Shown here in pieces: positions 13,501 through 28,500 of a DNA stretch of 64,000 bases. Position numbers and translations under genes: made by a program. The notes beneath the pieces are model-generated. The model made no database searches. It was not told where the DNA came from and saw nothing but the letters and a program-made list of their open reading frames with translations. Origin of the DNA: Camelus dromedarius (lineage: Eukaryota); assembly GCF_036321535.1 (NCBI RefSeq), contig NC_087447.1, forward strand, positions 51,400,001 through 51,464,000, in the 5' to 3' direction. Position 1 is the first letter of the stretch. Each line of letters begins with the position of its first letter.

Positions 13501-16500
13501 TCGGATTTCACAGAGCATCACAGTTCTAGCTCTATAGATAGTTGCTGGCTAATTTACAATTATTCACTGACACATCCTTCTTTTCCACCATACCAGAGCC
13601 CACCCACATATTATATACTTCATGTTGATTATAGTGCCTGGCATAAAGTAGGTGCTCAATAAATGTTCATTAAATCTTGAATAAATGCACAAACAAAGGG
13701 GAAAATGATAAGCAAGCCTCTAAATTGCTAGGATGAGTGAGGGCCAGAAAAATTATTTTACAGATTTAAAACAGGATAAATAAAAATGCTCATTTTTAAA
13801 GAGATGAAGTCATCTGGAATTTACAGTAAATATTTACTTTAGAAACATACACCTATATTAGGAGTCATAAATAAATGAAACCTTTGTTAACCAGATATAG
13901 GAGAGAATTAACAAGCAACAGTAACAATTAAGTTAACTGGCCTTGTCCCAGAATGGTCTCTCATATAGGATTTAGTGTGTGATCTAAACCTATAATTACA
14001 GATGTCTTCTTTTTAACTTTTTAATTTTTAAAAACTGAAGTCAGCTACAGTGTGCCAATTTCTGGTGTACATCACCATGTCCCAGTCATGCATACACACA
14101 CACATATATTTGTTCTCATATTACAGATGTCCTCCTAAAGGAAGACATTTAGTAAAGAGGATTATGCCAAGCAGAGAAGAGAAAGTGAATGAACTAGTAT
14201 ATGGGAGACTAATAGTGTAAACAAATGTTGTGGCACATTTTAACATAAATTTCTGAAATTTAAAGCATTTCTTAATTGCAGCAGCATATCCTACAGTGTG
14301 TGAAGCAAGAGTAAAATAAATGTTCACCAACTTTTCCACATATAAAAGGTATAAGCATCATAAGCCTCCAAAGAACAAACAGATAGGGGGCAGGGGGTGG
14401 GAAGGTACAGACTGGGAGTTCAAAATTTGTAGATACTGACAGGCATATGCAGAACAGATAAACAAGACTATACTGTATAGCACAGGGAAATATATACAAG
14501 ATCTTGTGATAGCTCACAGTGAAAAAGAATGTGACAATGAATATATGTATGTTCATATATAACTGAAAAATTGTGCTCTACACTGGAATCTAACATGACA
14601 TTGTAAAATGACTATAACTCAATAAAAAATGTTTAAAAAATTTAAAAAAATAAAGGAGAACAATATTGAAGGACTGACACGACCCCCCGCCCCTCAAAAA
14701 AAGAAAGAACAAACAGATATAATGTGAGTTGAAGACAAATTCTTAGTGGTTTACATTCTTGGCATTTAGAAAAATCCATTTTCTTCCAAGACTTTAAAGG
14801 ATAAGCCTATTAGCTGTCTACACTGCTAAGTCAGATCAGCTTCAGAACATAAGAAAAACTACTCATTTCCCAGAAGCGCAGCAAAATTTCATGAAAACTG
14901 AGTCTAATTTTTAATTATGATTTAATTTAAAGTATCTTTAGTTAGATCTTTTCCAGCATCAAAAAATAACACAGGAGCAATTCACACATCAAAATAGTCT
15001 AATAATTATACACAGGGCTATTAGAGTTCTTAAATATAAAGGTATTTAGACAGCTAATTAAAGAAAAACCCAAAGTACTACTTTTATCTCCTAGTGAACT
15101 TTAGAGATAAACTCTGCCTTTAAACTAAGCAGTATCCATTATAAGCCAGAGAGAGCTCAAGCTGAGTAATAATGGATGAACAGGACCCAGAGGCTGAACC
15201 CATTTTTAAGGCTCACCTTTGCACAGAGTAAAGGGTGTGGATCATGGTATGAGTTGACTGCCTTAAGATGAACTAAATTTTGGGGGGAAATACTATGTGA
15301 CAGCAGGCAAATGCTAAAAGTAGGAGCAAATGAAGACAAATCAGGGGATATTGCTTGGATTTTTTTCATACTATGTACACGCAGGCATTAAGTCCTGTTG
15401 ATTAAACCTCTGAAAACTCTCCCCAACCTCTCCTCTTTACTATCATGATGACTGCCCTAGTTCAGGCATCACTGGATTTCATGGATGCTATTCCAATAGC
15501 CTCAATTCTAATTTCTTCTTCTTACTTTTACCAGTTAATTTTTCCTGAAATAAAAGTCTGACTATGCATATCCCTCCTTTGATGGCTCCCCCACTGCCTC
15601 TAGAGAATAATTAAAATCTCCTAGCCAGTTATGCAAAGCTGTTCACAATTCTGCCTCAGTTTACTTCTATAGCTTCATCCCCCACCACTCTTCTACTCTC
15701 ACATTTACACTGTCTTTGCTCGCATTGTGCTCTTTGCCTGAAAAATCCTTTTTCTGCATGTCCACATATATAACCCCTAGTTAGCTTCCAAGGACCTCTC
15801 TGATAAGCCCAACCCCTAGGAGAACCAAAGTGCTCCTCCACAACGTTCTTGTAACGCTCTGGATACACCTTCATTTGCCTGCTTTACTGAATTACTGGTT
15901 CACTCGTCTGCATTCTCTGGTAGAAGGTGAGCTCCAGTTAAGTGAGAGCTTTGCCTTACTCATCTTTTCTCTTTAGTTTGGAACACAGGAGGAATGAATG
16001 AATATTTAGTAATAATAGACCAAAGAGGTACATATAAATAAACACAAATTTACTGCCTTGATTTTGAGCCCCCCTTTAAAGATTAGGCTCAACGCCAATC
16101 TTACCTCATCCAAGAAGCCTTCTCCAACTGCTTTATACCACAATGCAGTGGCATATTGAAAAGGGAGGCATCTCTTATAGTCAGTAGGACACAGTTTAGC
16201 ATTTAAATGCTCTTTATTTCACCAGTGTTAACTCTGCCCCCCCAAAGAGAGCACATGAGTAACTAAACCACAGACCAGTTCTTACAGTTTTCTTGTACTC
16301 ACTACATACTTAGTTAGGTACATATCCTCCACAATACTTAGGCCAATATTTATTCAGAGTAGGGTTCTGATAAATATTTTAGATCAGGGGTTGGCAAACA
16401 TTTCCTGTAAAAGGACAGATAGTAAATTAAGCTTGCGTCGTAAGGTCTTTGTTGCAACTACTGAACTCTGCTGCTGTAGAGCAAAAGCAGCCACAGAAAA

Positions 16501-19500
16501 CATAGAAACAAATAAGCCTCGCTACATTCCAACTAAACTTTTTTTACAGATAGTGAAATAAAAATATATCATTTTCATGTGCCATGAAATGATTTTTGCT
16601 TTTACTGTTTTCTAATCATTTAAAAACCTAAAAAAGCCCATTCTTAGCTGGCAATACAGAAACAAGAAGTGAGTCAGATCTGGCCCACAGGTCAGTTTGC
16701 CAATCCCTGCTTTAGACAGACCATTAAATCTATACCGGAAGACAATTCTGATGTCACAGTCCCAAGTAAAACAATAACACACATATCACAATACCTGCGT
16801 TCAGCACGCTCCTTCTTCTTTAAGGCAACATCCAAATCCTGCAATTGTTCCTCTAATTTTTCACATAGTAGTTTCTGAAAAAGTGTAACAGATGAGTGTC
16901 ATTTTTAACACCTTTCCACAATCATTGTCACTTGCCTTTTAGCTGGTAGATAAGGTGCTATGAGAGCTGATAAGGGTTCTTGTATTTAAATGTTCTTGTA
17001 TTTAATTAAAGAAGTGCCTCAGCATCCACTGAATTGAAGATGAGGAGAGGTATCTTTGAAATAACACACATGTTAAAGAAACTTACATCTTTGCCAAGGA
17101 ACACATGCTGTGCCTATCTTGCTGACAGTAATCAATGTTTAAAATAGCATTTGGTTCAATGCATATACATGACAGTGATTAAAGTTTTTTTTAAAATCCC
17201 AAGACATTTTTAAGGAAGAAGGTTACACATACAAGAAAAATATAATGGTGCCAATCACTATTTTTAAAAAAGAGAATGGAAAAAAATTTATAAAACCATG
17301 CCACATGGTTACTGGGTCAGAACAGAGCGGAAGAATGTAACTGCTAAAGTAATGCAAAGCCAAAGAACTCCATTTCACTAAGACATGCAATAAAGGCTAT
17401 CATTTTTAAAGTGAAATGAGACTGGGTCTGTGAGAGAAAGAACCCCTTGGGTGCAAAAAAAAATCCTGTTCTTCAGGTTTCAAAAGAAATCCACCTGATA
17501 CAAGATATGAGAGAAATAGAATTCATGTTTCTATTCAGAGTACCATCATAATGGTGCATAACAATACCATCTACAAAACTGACAAGAAGGTAGGCAGAAA
17601 TGAAAAAGAAGATGAAAGAAAGGATAGACAACAGGAAGAAACTTATTTCTTCCCTTGTATATTATCTTAATTTGGGATTCACTGTGCCTTCAATAAATGT
17701 GAGAAAAAAAATAAACCACAGATTATAATTTTACAAAAACCAGAGGTCCTCTGAGAATTGTTTTAGGAAAAAATAAAGGGAAGATCTAAAAGGTAATAAT
17801 AAAAGGTAGTTTTTTCAACAGTCTCTAATTTCACAGAAATTTAAGAAAGAGATAAACAGTATTTACAAATTGTTTTGAAGATTAAAAATATTCGGTGGCT
17901 GTCAAAAAAAATTATTGCTTTGGATATAAAATCAAAGACTGGAAAAACAGAACTGTGCTGGGTCGTACATGTTGGCAAGGGGGGCAGAACCATTCTCCAT
18001 CTGGGATGATCATCAGAGGAGGGCGAAGGCAGGCAGTGTGGTACCCACTGTCACAGGAGTCACATAGAAGAATCTGAAATAAACCACAGATTAATGTCAA
18101 CCTAACTCAATGGCTAATATTCAATGACAAGTTAAAATAAAGACATTTCTATATTTGTCAGTATACTACATTCTATCTGCATGAAGCATAATAATAAACA
18201 AGCTGTGATAATTAGGGATCTAACTTGTCATTTAAAAACATTTTTAAAAACAAAAAAAAAAAAACCTAAGAAAGTGTTAAGCTACAAAGTTTAGTGAAAA
18301 ATAAGTTTTTTCTGAACTAGAGTTTCAATCCTTTTTTAGTGTGCCACAAGGACTATGACAATATATTCTTGATAACAGAGTTTTATAGTTCAAGTATCAT
18401 AAACTTCCCTACCACACAAAGAATTTTAAAAATACAAGTAATTTCCAAGTTAAGTAGCATTTCCATTACCTACCTGTAAGAAATATTCATGGTTCCTTTC
18501 ATCATGTAAATTCAAATACGGAAGGGACTGAGGTATGAGAGGAATGGAACTATACTCAGGACAATATAAAAGCAACCAATAATTAGTCCTGAGTTGACTA
18601 TTTGCTGATTAAGTTTAAGATGACCAATTCTCTAAAACTTAAAATGGTGCACTCATGAATTAAACTAAAAAAACAAAACAAACAAAAACTTTATTTCAAA
18701 ATAATTTTAAGAAATTAACACATTATAAACTAATTTCAATCTAAAAAAGGGAGGAAGGAAGAATAGTTTTAGATTTATAAAAGAGTTGCAAAAATAAAAT
18801 TCTTTGAGTTATATATAAAACTATTATTTAATTTATTGTTCAAATTGTTCTAGCCATTGATATGCTAGGAGTTTACAGGTTGGCCCCTGTGTCCTTAGGA
18901 CTCAACTGCATGGTTTTATTTTTTTTGAAAAGCACTTCCTACTTTCTGGCAATAGCAGATATTCCAAGGTACATCTTACATGCTCCCTGATTAAGCCTCA
19001 GATCAGCCATTTTTCTCAGAAGCACTGGTTCCTTTATTGGAGATTGGTATTTAGAAACCCTAATCTAGATGCTAAGTGCTCACTGCTACTGGGTATCCCT
19101 GCTTCTAAGCTCTCATGGGGCCAGGAAATGCATGTATGTACAGCAACCCATGTATATACATACTATATTAAAGTAAGCATGAGTTCATACTAATAACTCT
19201 ACCTCTAATCCAGCACCACAGGTTTCATTTTAGCCTTCGGTCTTATTTGTAACTTCTTTTTTGACAGTGAGAAGGTTGGCTCCTATCATTTATTTATATG
19301 TAGGTTTATTTGCATATAGCTATACAGTTTCTGAATTGCTAACGTACCATGAGGAGAGTTGAGGGTGGGAGGCAGAATGTGCACACACGTGCAGTGATTT
19401 AAAAGTGGAAAACTCCCTTCTCCATACGATGCATCAACATTTGCTACCAATACTCAGAAATCAATACTAAGTTATATTAATATAATACTCCAGCCACGTG

Positions 19501-22500
19501 ACTGATTGATTACACAGCCATATGTGGACTAACCTGGGCAGCAGCTGATTCTATTTATCCCATTGTTTCTGATAAAACATAATCTGAATTTCAAGTAACA
19601 AACTTAAAAGTAAACTTTTAGAACTCAATTTACTTCTAAAATGATGAGTATCTCTATTCTTCATTAAAGGTTAAATGCCATTAAAATAAATACTACTACA
19701 TGAGATTTCCAAGCTTCAGGCAATGATCCACTTAGCATCTGGAAAATCCCACAGAGTTCTATACTCATCTATCAATTTATTGCTTTTCTGCTGTAAGCTC
19801 AATGAGAACAAGGACCACAACTAATTCGGTATCATTTCCCTACCACTTAAGACGTACCAGTTGCTTGACATTTTGATTTGACAATTATTAAATATCTGGA
19901 ATAAGATGTTCAATATATTTGGGATTTTCAGCTTCCAATGCAATCCTTTGGCACGTAACCAGTAATGGGATTTTCAGAGCAGTTATTATGATAATCAAAC
20001 AAACTAATTCAACAAGATACATGCATCCCAGTGTTCACAGCAACACTATTTACAATAGCCAAGACGTGGAAGGAAACTAAATGTCCATCGACGGTTAACT
20101 GGATAAAGAACACACAAACATTAACACAATGGAATACTACTCAGTTATAAAACAGAATGAAATAATGCCATTTTCAGCAACATGGGTGGACCTAGAGATT
20201 ATCATACTAAGTGAAGTAAGCCAAAAGGCAAATATCATATGATATCACTTATATGTGGAATCTAAAAGAATGACAAAAATGAATTTATTTACAAAACAGA
20301 AACAGATTCACAGACTAAGAAAACAAACTTACGGTTACCGGGGGTTGGGGGAAGGAGAAGGAATAAACTGGGAGTTTTGGATTTACAGATACTATTATAT
20401 ATAAAATGGATAAACAACAAGGTCCTACTTTTTAGCACAGGGAACTATATTCAGTATCTTGTAATAACCTATAAAGAAAAAGAATATGAAAAAGAATATA
20501 TATATACGTGTGTGTATAATGGAATCACCATGCTGTACATCAGAGACCAACACAACACTGTAAATCAACTATACTTCAATTAACAACCACCACCACCACC
20601 ACCAAACGAAAATCCTACGTGCATTCCAAGGAAGATACAACTTTCTCCACCTCCTGGACGTCATTTCTGCTCACCTCATTTTATTTCTATTTCTTCACAC
20701 CGCTTTGTCACTGATACGCATTTCTGCCTCAGTCAAAATGCACAGCTTAATAAAGTATTAGGGAACAGTAGGGAAAAAACACAAGTGTTGATTTTTACTT
20801 GATTTAGAGGGCAGAAAAGACCAGTATCTCAAATCTCTTTGCTTTCTCTACACAAAAATCTTCACCTAACTTTTACAGCTTGATGATCCTAAAAATGCTT
20901 AGAAGGGTCTTCTCAGTGTAATTCTGACATCTATTCTCGAAGCTAAAGTCATTCTCTGGTTCTAAGTTATATGTTTTACTTGAATTCTCTGAAACTACTG
21001 GGACATGATAAACTTCACTAATGAATTTACTTTCCACTAATGATTTTAACACTTAGGAAGAAAACTGCAAATAAACCACAAACAGCTTTAACCCAGCACA
21101 CAACAGATGTCAGGAACTGTGCTAGGCAACTTTACATAACTTGCTTCTGTTCTACACAACTCTACATATGTGGGAGCATCTTTCTTCATGTCTCTTTCTA
21201 CTTAATAGGTAGAGCTTGTCTTTAAAGTCAAACTTATTCAAAAGAACAGATAGTTGCAGAGAATTGGGCATAACAAGAGTATTTCTTTAATAGGTTCTTT
21301 AGAAAGCACTTACAAACTGCAAAAATACATATACAGGTTAGGAACTGGTTTCCCTGATTTAGGCCATCTTTGAAGAACTTACTTCCTAGATAAGAAAGTC
21401 TCATGCAAATCTGTCACTATTCATAGAGTATATCTGGCCTATAATTTATCCTCTTAATTTTTTTTCTAAACTGCCCATCTTAGCCCTACTAGGCTACTCC
21501 TTGACTTACATGTTTTAATAGAAAGGCAACAAGGCCTTCAGGCTTTAACTTATTTAAAGCTGCCACTTCAGAAATATCATTATAAAGTAACTTAAAAGGG
21601 AAGAAGAAAAATTGCTAAAAAGGTACAGAATAAAAATATTTGAATAAATTAACTGATTTCTGAGAAGAGATTAGGAGCGTATGCTTAAGTAGAGGAAATG
21701 TCAATATAAAAACCAGGTTGAATGAAAGCAAGATCCTAATCCTCCCTAGAACTGGGCTGTTATTTGAGAAATAGAAATAAAGGTTATTTTGCACACATAA
21801 AATGGAAATTAAGATCGAACCCAAAAGAGTTAGGCTGTGTCAGGCAACCAAAGTATGCCTGTAATACAAACACGGTTCATTTAGCTCAGGTACATACTAG
21901 CTCAGGGTGGTTTGGAAGGCCACATTTTTTGCATGGTTCATCATCATCTGCTAAGATGACTTCTTCACTTTCCTTTTCTTCTTCCTCTTCTGAAGCTGCA
22001 GATGATTTTTCAATGTCAGACCCTTCACTTTCATCATTGCTGGAATATTTCCACCTGCCACGTGTTCGAGAACCAGTCCATCGAACTTTGCCTTTGGGTT
22101 TTACCTTGTAAAAAATATAAAGTAGGATAATTTAATATAGTAAGAATATTTAAAAAACAGTTCTGATTACATGTCCCTTGTAGAATATTTAGTGAATATA
22201 CAAAGAAGAAAAGGAAAATAGCTTTATCAACAGATCTTCCAACTATCAAATTTTAGCATGTATTTCCCTTATTTCTATTTTTAAAAAATTTTGGGGAGAA
22301 CTATAATGAACATTCTGTCTTATATTTTCCCTAGTCATAATAACATATTCTCCTAACATCATGTAAATACATATATGTATAATATGCCATCACATAGCTG
22401 TATTTATCTAGTCCACTACTAGACGGACATTTAGGTAGTTTTCCATTTTTTCACTTTCATAAACAACGTATCCTTGCAATTATAAACTTTCACATACACC

Positions 22501-25500
22501 TCTGTGGTTAGGATAAATTCCTCGAAGAGGATTCTGGGTCAAAGGTCATGTACTTTGTAAAGGCTCTATAACAGAGCACTGACTATATTCTCACATACCA
22601 TTATCTAAAATTTTTAATTCTGATATTAGAGGTGAATTAAAAAATTTTAATGGGTCAGAAATGCATATTAAAATCCTGACAAACTTAAAAAATATGTCAT
22701 TCAGAGAATAAGTTTATAATGCTGTGAAATGCTTTTTACTGCTTGGCTTCACTATATTTTAATTCATATTTCAGTTTCCTCCTATAGTGTAAGTTCCTAT
22801 CAAAGACCAAAATAATTCTAACAACAGAAGGGGAAATTTTTTTAAAACAAGAATTTAAAAATTCAGTATTTCAGGGAATTGTAATGATCAGTTACAATGA
22901 AGAACAAGCCGATCACATAAATGAACAAAACAGAACTAGCACTTTTAGTTATACAAACTCCTACAGGCTAGCCCAAGACTTGTACAGATTTTGCTTAAAA
23001 TAAGAGTCACAGGGGAAAAAAATTCTGGCTTCTAAGACTACTGATTAAAATGGGGGAACACAGGAATTCTCAAACACTGGTAATGAAAGGGCACATTAAC
23101 GGGGCCTTCTTTGGAGTGGCAATAGCTATCAAAACTTAAAACACACATGCCTTTGACCCAGCAATTCCAATTCTAGGAGTCTATTCTAAAGAAATACTCA
23201 CTCAAGTCCAAAAGGATCTTCAATGCAGCATTGCCTGTAATAGTGAAAAATTGGAAATAACCTAAATGTCAATCAATAAGGGAGTGGTTAAATAAACTGA
23301 GGTACATCCATATTATGCAATACTATGTGGCCATCAATAACTAAAAAGTAGACTATATCTACTGATATGGAAAGAGTTCAGACACATAATGTTAAGTGAA
23401 AAACTCCTAGAAAAATGAATTTATTTGACTCTATTTTCTAAGTGAATAGGTAAATATTTATGAACATACACAAGAACGTATAGAAAAAGGACTGGAAAGA
23501 GGTGCACCACAAACTGTTAATAGCGTTTATGAGGAGTTCTCATTTTTGAATCCTACAAGTTAGGTCTTTTTTTTCCCGCCAAGTTAGGCATTACTTAAAT
23601 AGTTTTCAAAGAGAATATATTCTTATACTGCCTATAATAGAGAAGAAACTTAAAAGATGATTAAGATATAAAGTTTGAAATTTAATGTCTGGGAATAACC
23701 ACTGAGAAAAGACACCTTATATATAGGAAGAAAGGCTTTTTTGTTGTTGTTGCCTTTAGTTATCTTTGAATGACTTGTTTTAGCCAAAAGCAAAGAGCTA
23801 CAAACACTTAGAGCTAAATATTTCTAACAGAAATTAAAACGCAGAGTAGGAGAAATTTTACCTTGGTTACTTTAGAATTTGTATCCTTATCTGTTTTTTT
23901 CAAATTTTCTTTTTTGTCTGTTTTTTGCAAAGCTGCTGACTCTTCTTCCACTTCATCTTCTCCTTCCCCTCTTTTTTTATCAGCTTTTTGATCTCTGATT
24001 TCAGCCACTTTCGCTGTGGGTCTAGATATTCTTGGAGACCTCCTTAAAGTACGACCTACATTTGTTTTCTCTTCTTCCTTTTCTGTCTTCTCTTGCTTGG
24101 TTTCCTGCTCTAGAATTTTGGGAGGAGAATCTGGCTTCTTCTTCCGACTGGATATCCTAATTGTTAATTTGATGCCCTCCTTCTGCCTTTCAGAGGTTAT
24201 CTCTGTGTTTTCCGAGGCAGTGGTGTCTTCTTCAGGAATCAACTTATATTTAAATTTACTTTTTTGTATAGAACCCTTTGTCTCAGAAGGATCATCTGTG
24301 CCAGAGGTCTGAGCATTGTTCAGATTATATGTATCTACCTTTGTGGACTCAGAATCCTCTTTTAGAATTTCTGGGTCTATTTTCTCCAGGGACTGACCTT
24401 CAGTGGAACTTGTGCTCTGACACTCTACCACTTCTTTTTCTGAGGCTCGTTTCTCACAGGGGCCAGTCATGTTAGATGATGGAGAAGCTTCAGCTGCTTC
24501 AGGAGACCCTGCCTGTACTGATTCTACAGTACTCTTTGGACCCTCCTCTGGTATCGGACTCAATCTCTGTGTGTCCTTATCAAGAAAAGTCTTTTTGGAC
24601 TTCTCTAACTTGTCAAGACATTCTAGGACTGGTGGGCGCTTATCTTTCTTACTTTTGGGAGACTTCTCATCAATTTTCATGGTACAGGATTCAGTGGTAG
24701 ATAAGGTAGTTTTAAAAGAGAGGTCCTTTGCTATTTCAGAAGTCGAAAGAGACATTTCCATTTCTGGAGGACCAGTTTCCTCTATGTGTCCTTTTTGACT
24801 CTGGGTCTCTAAGACTGATACTGAACGATCTACATCTTTCCCTAAAGGGACCACTTCCTTCTCAATATCACCTACCTTCATACTTGTTATTACAGAATTT
24901 AAGGACTCTGCTCCATTTCCCTCCATGATGACACTTCTGTCCTTTGAGGGGCTACAGCTATCTTCCTTTGTATCATAAAACTTTGTCTCCATTTGTTCTG
25001 TCTTAAAATTTGGAGTTACCTTTTCATCACTAACTTCTCCATTTACCAGCTGTTTCCCTTCGTGACCCAAAGTAGTGATTGTACAGATCCTTTTACAAGT
25101 CTCTTCCTCTTGCTTTATTTCATCTTTCAAAAATTCTTTTGTTGGAGTGACTGATTTACACAAAGGTCCTTTGATTGGACTGTCAAAATCATCACTCAGT
25201 TTAATTTCTCGTTTTTTCAGTGGTATCTTGGCCTGCTGGTCATTTTTAAGCTTCTCGGTTTCTTCAGTAGACTTCTCAGTAATTTCCTGAGAAGATTTAA
25301 CATTGCCACCACAATCGAGCCTCTCAGGCTCTAGCTTCTCTGCGCTACCTCTGATATCTTTAGGATCTGCTCTACAGTCCTTCATTTCAGCTTTTACAGG
25401 TTTGACATTTTCCTTGAAGGAGTCACTTTCTTCTTTGATAAGCTTTTTTTCCTCACTTTCTGGCAAAGGTTTTTCTAGCTTCACTATGACTGGCAGTTTT

Positions 25501-28500
25501 ACAAGTTCCTTTTCATCTTCTTTTTCTATTTTCACAGTAGTCTCTCCTAGAGCATTGGGTGTAGAACAGTTTTCTGAATCTAATGGCTGCTCTTCACTCT
25601 TCATCTTTTCATTTTCCTTCTGTTCTTCTAAAAAATTAGATAAAGTTTATATGAATCTAAGCATTCAAGATTACGAAATACATAAGGCTGAACATAAAAT
25701 ACATTTCCATTTGAAGTTTCTCTTTTAAAAGAGGTCGCTTTTGTCACTGGACACTTGACAATAAAAGATAAAATTGGACAGTAAAGAAAATTACCAAACT
25801 CTGAAGTATAACTTCTAGATATTAAAAAAATGTTATTTAGAAAGATTCAGGTTTCTGCTTTAAACTTTAGCTTCAGTGTTCTTAATGAAATGCAAATAAT
25901 TATACAGCTCAACTAATTTATTCAAGCTCAAGAAATGGCTCAAAAATATGAAAAGAAGAATAGTACATAAAACATTTCCAAAAGACCATATTTGTTTTAA
26001 AAACTGACAACTGTTATTCCTTGCAAATCACTGAGCACTTCATTCCCCTGAGGTAACTTGAGCATGGCAGTGGGAAAATGTTTTATGTTTTATTCAGATT
26101 ATAAAAGTAACAAGACTCCATACAGAAAATGAAAAAAGGGGAAAAATGCCCATAATTCTAATACCTGGAGGCAATCACTATTAATATTTTAGGTTACTTC
26201 CTTCTAGTCTTATATGTATTTCTGACAAAGATGGGATCATGTTGCCCCATTTTTTTCACTGAAACACTAGCACTTTCTTATATTAAACACCTTTACAGAA
26301 ATTGGACTTAATTATAGAACACTCCTCAATGCACTTAATTAAAATTTACTTTATCAAAATGCCATTATTGAATACTTCAGAAGTTAATATTTACAAAGAA
26401 ACTATTTAGCTTTATTTGCCAACTCCTCTTTTACCTTATTTGCTAGGTATTCCCAACTTTTTGGAGTACCTAATAGTGCAAATTTAAATAAATAACAAAA
26501 GATATATTTAGTAAATACCATAGTCTTTGGTATTACACAGAATGCATATATGCTTTAAACTTGTGCTCAGGAATCTGAGCAGTGTTTTCAGAATTCATTA
26601 AGTACTAATTTTACCTACGTTTTCCTCACCCCATCCTAGCAACCGAAAAACCTCAATTTTAAACAAAGTTTTATAAGATAGGAATTTAAAAAAATTTTTT
26701 TGAACAGATTCTTGCCAAGTTCATAAACCAGACAGAGTTTTATGTATTTCATGGGAATAAAATGGAATGGACAGAAGTGAGATGAACCAGGACATAGTTT
26801 ATAAAATTAGAACTCAATATTTTTTTAAGAAGTAAATATATTTTTATTACAAACCACCATTTATTTTGTTTGATCATACTGCAAGTAAAAAATTCATCTC
26901 ACTTGCTTTAAGTGATCTCATCGGCTGCAGCATGGCGAACAGATGAAAGAGGACCAAGGACAGAAATGAGAACAGTAAGATTATTTTGAGAGAATAAATG
27001 ATGAAAGCTCTTCAAGGTCATCTCATTTTATTCAGATTAAAACCCAACATTCTCAATAAACTACAAAGCCCTTTACAATCTCCACACCCCTTTCCCCATC
27101 TCCTGAAGCCTTACCTCTCTGACCTCATTTCCTTCAGTGTTCAAAACTGGTCATTCATTCTGCTTCAGCTACATTGCTCACCTTGCTCTTTCTATAAAAA
27201 GGGGACCAGCAAACTAATTCTGTAAAGGGTCAGATAGTAAATATTTTAGGTTTTGCAGCCAGACTGTCTCTCTATCTTTATAGTGTGACAGTTGTTAAGG
27301 ACAATGACATACTCAACGAATGAATAAAATTTCATTAAGAAAATAGTGGCAGGCCATATTAAGCCTGCAGGCCCTAGACCGACACATTAAGTAGGCATGC
27401 TCCCACCTCAGGGTCTTGCATTAACTAATGCTTACGACACTTTGTTCCTCATGTATCTGCATGGTTTGCTCTCTCAAGTCCTTAAGTTTTATTCAAATAT
27501 CACCTTTTCAGTGACTCCTTTTCTAGTTCCCTGATCTAAAATTATATCCTCTCTCTTTCCCCAAATTATTTTACCTCCATTGCTCCTTACCATCATCTCA
27601 TAGACCATATATTTTATTCACTAATCTTTATTGTTTATCTCCCCATAGTACTATGTTAGTTCCAAGAAGGCCAAAATTTGATTGGTTTTGTTCAGTTTTA
27701 CTCCTAGTATCAAAAACAGTGCATGATATACAACATGTACTCAACAGGTATTTGTTGACTGAAATTTCAGAATGAATGAAATATTAGAGGTGAAATATCA
27801 CCCATGTCTAAAAAAGGAATATTTCCTTGCAATTAAAACTTTTCTTGGCAAAGAAATTTCACCATTTTGAAGATGCTAACAGACTTCAGTTTCTAAAAGG
27901 GGCTCAAAATATTGAAATCATCATTTGATAGTATCAACATGCATCTAATGGAAATATAATAGGAGCTGCCTACACTAAAACATCAGTACTATCATTTTAC
28001 TGCACGCTAAAGGGATACACATTGGTGCCAATTCTTTTTTAACCTATTTAAAAATTACATGGTAGATATTTGACAGATATCAAGCATTTACTATGTACTC
28101 AGTATTATAAGTAATCTGTAGATGACCTCAATAAGGCATACAGGAGGATGTCTGCATAGGTTATATGCAAATACTATTATTCTATTTTCTGTAAGGGACT
28201 TGACAATCCTTAGATTTTGGTATCAGCAGGGGTCCTGGGACCAATCCCCCAGAGATACCAAAGGATGACTGTATCTGTTTCCAAGGTTAGGAGAAGACTG
28301 CCTTTATAACCTCAATGCTCAAAGTGCTGTCCTCCGACCAGCAGCATCAGCATCTACTAGGTTCTTGTTAAAATGGAGAATCGGGTAAATCACCAGGTAA
28401 ACAGCATGCATATTAAAATTCGAGAAGCACAGCTCTAGATTACTCTAGTTAAAGAGCATAGGCTTTACAAGGATCAGAGTTCAAATCTAGACTCTGATAC

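Noticed and set aside
24016..25728. Several + strand ORFs (up to 141 aa) overlapping exon 6, and similar ones at 3479, 5354, 21764 and 41474
   Set aside because: They are antisense shadows of Glu/Lys/Asp-rich RSF1 exons, with no independent coding signal.
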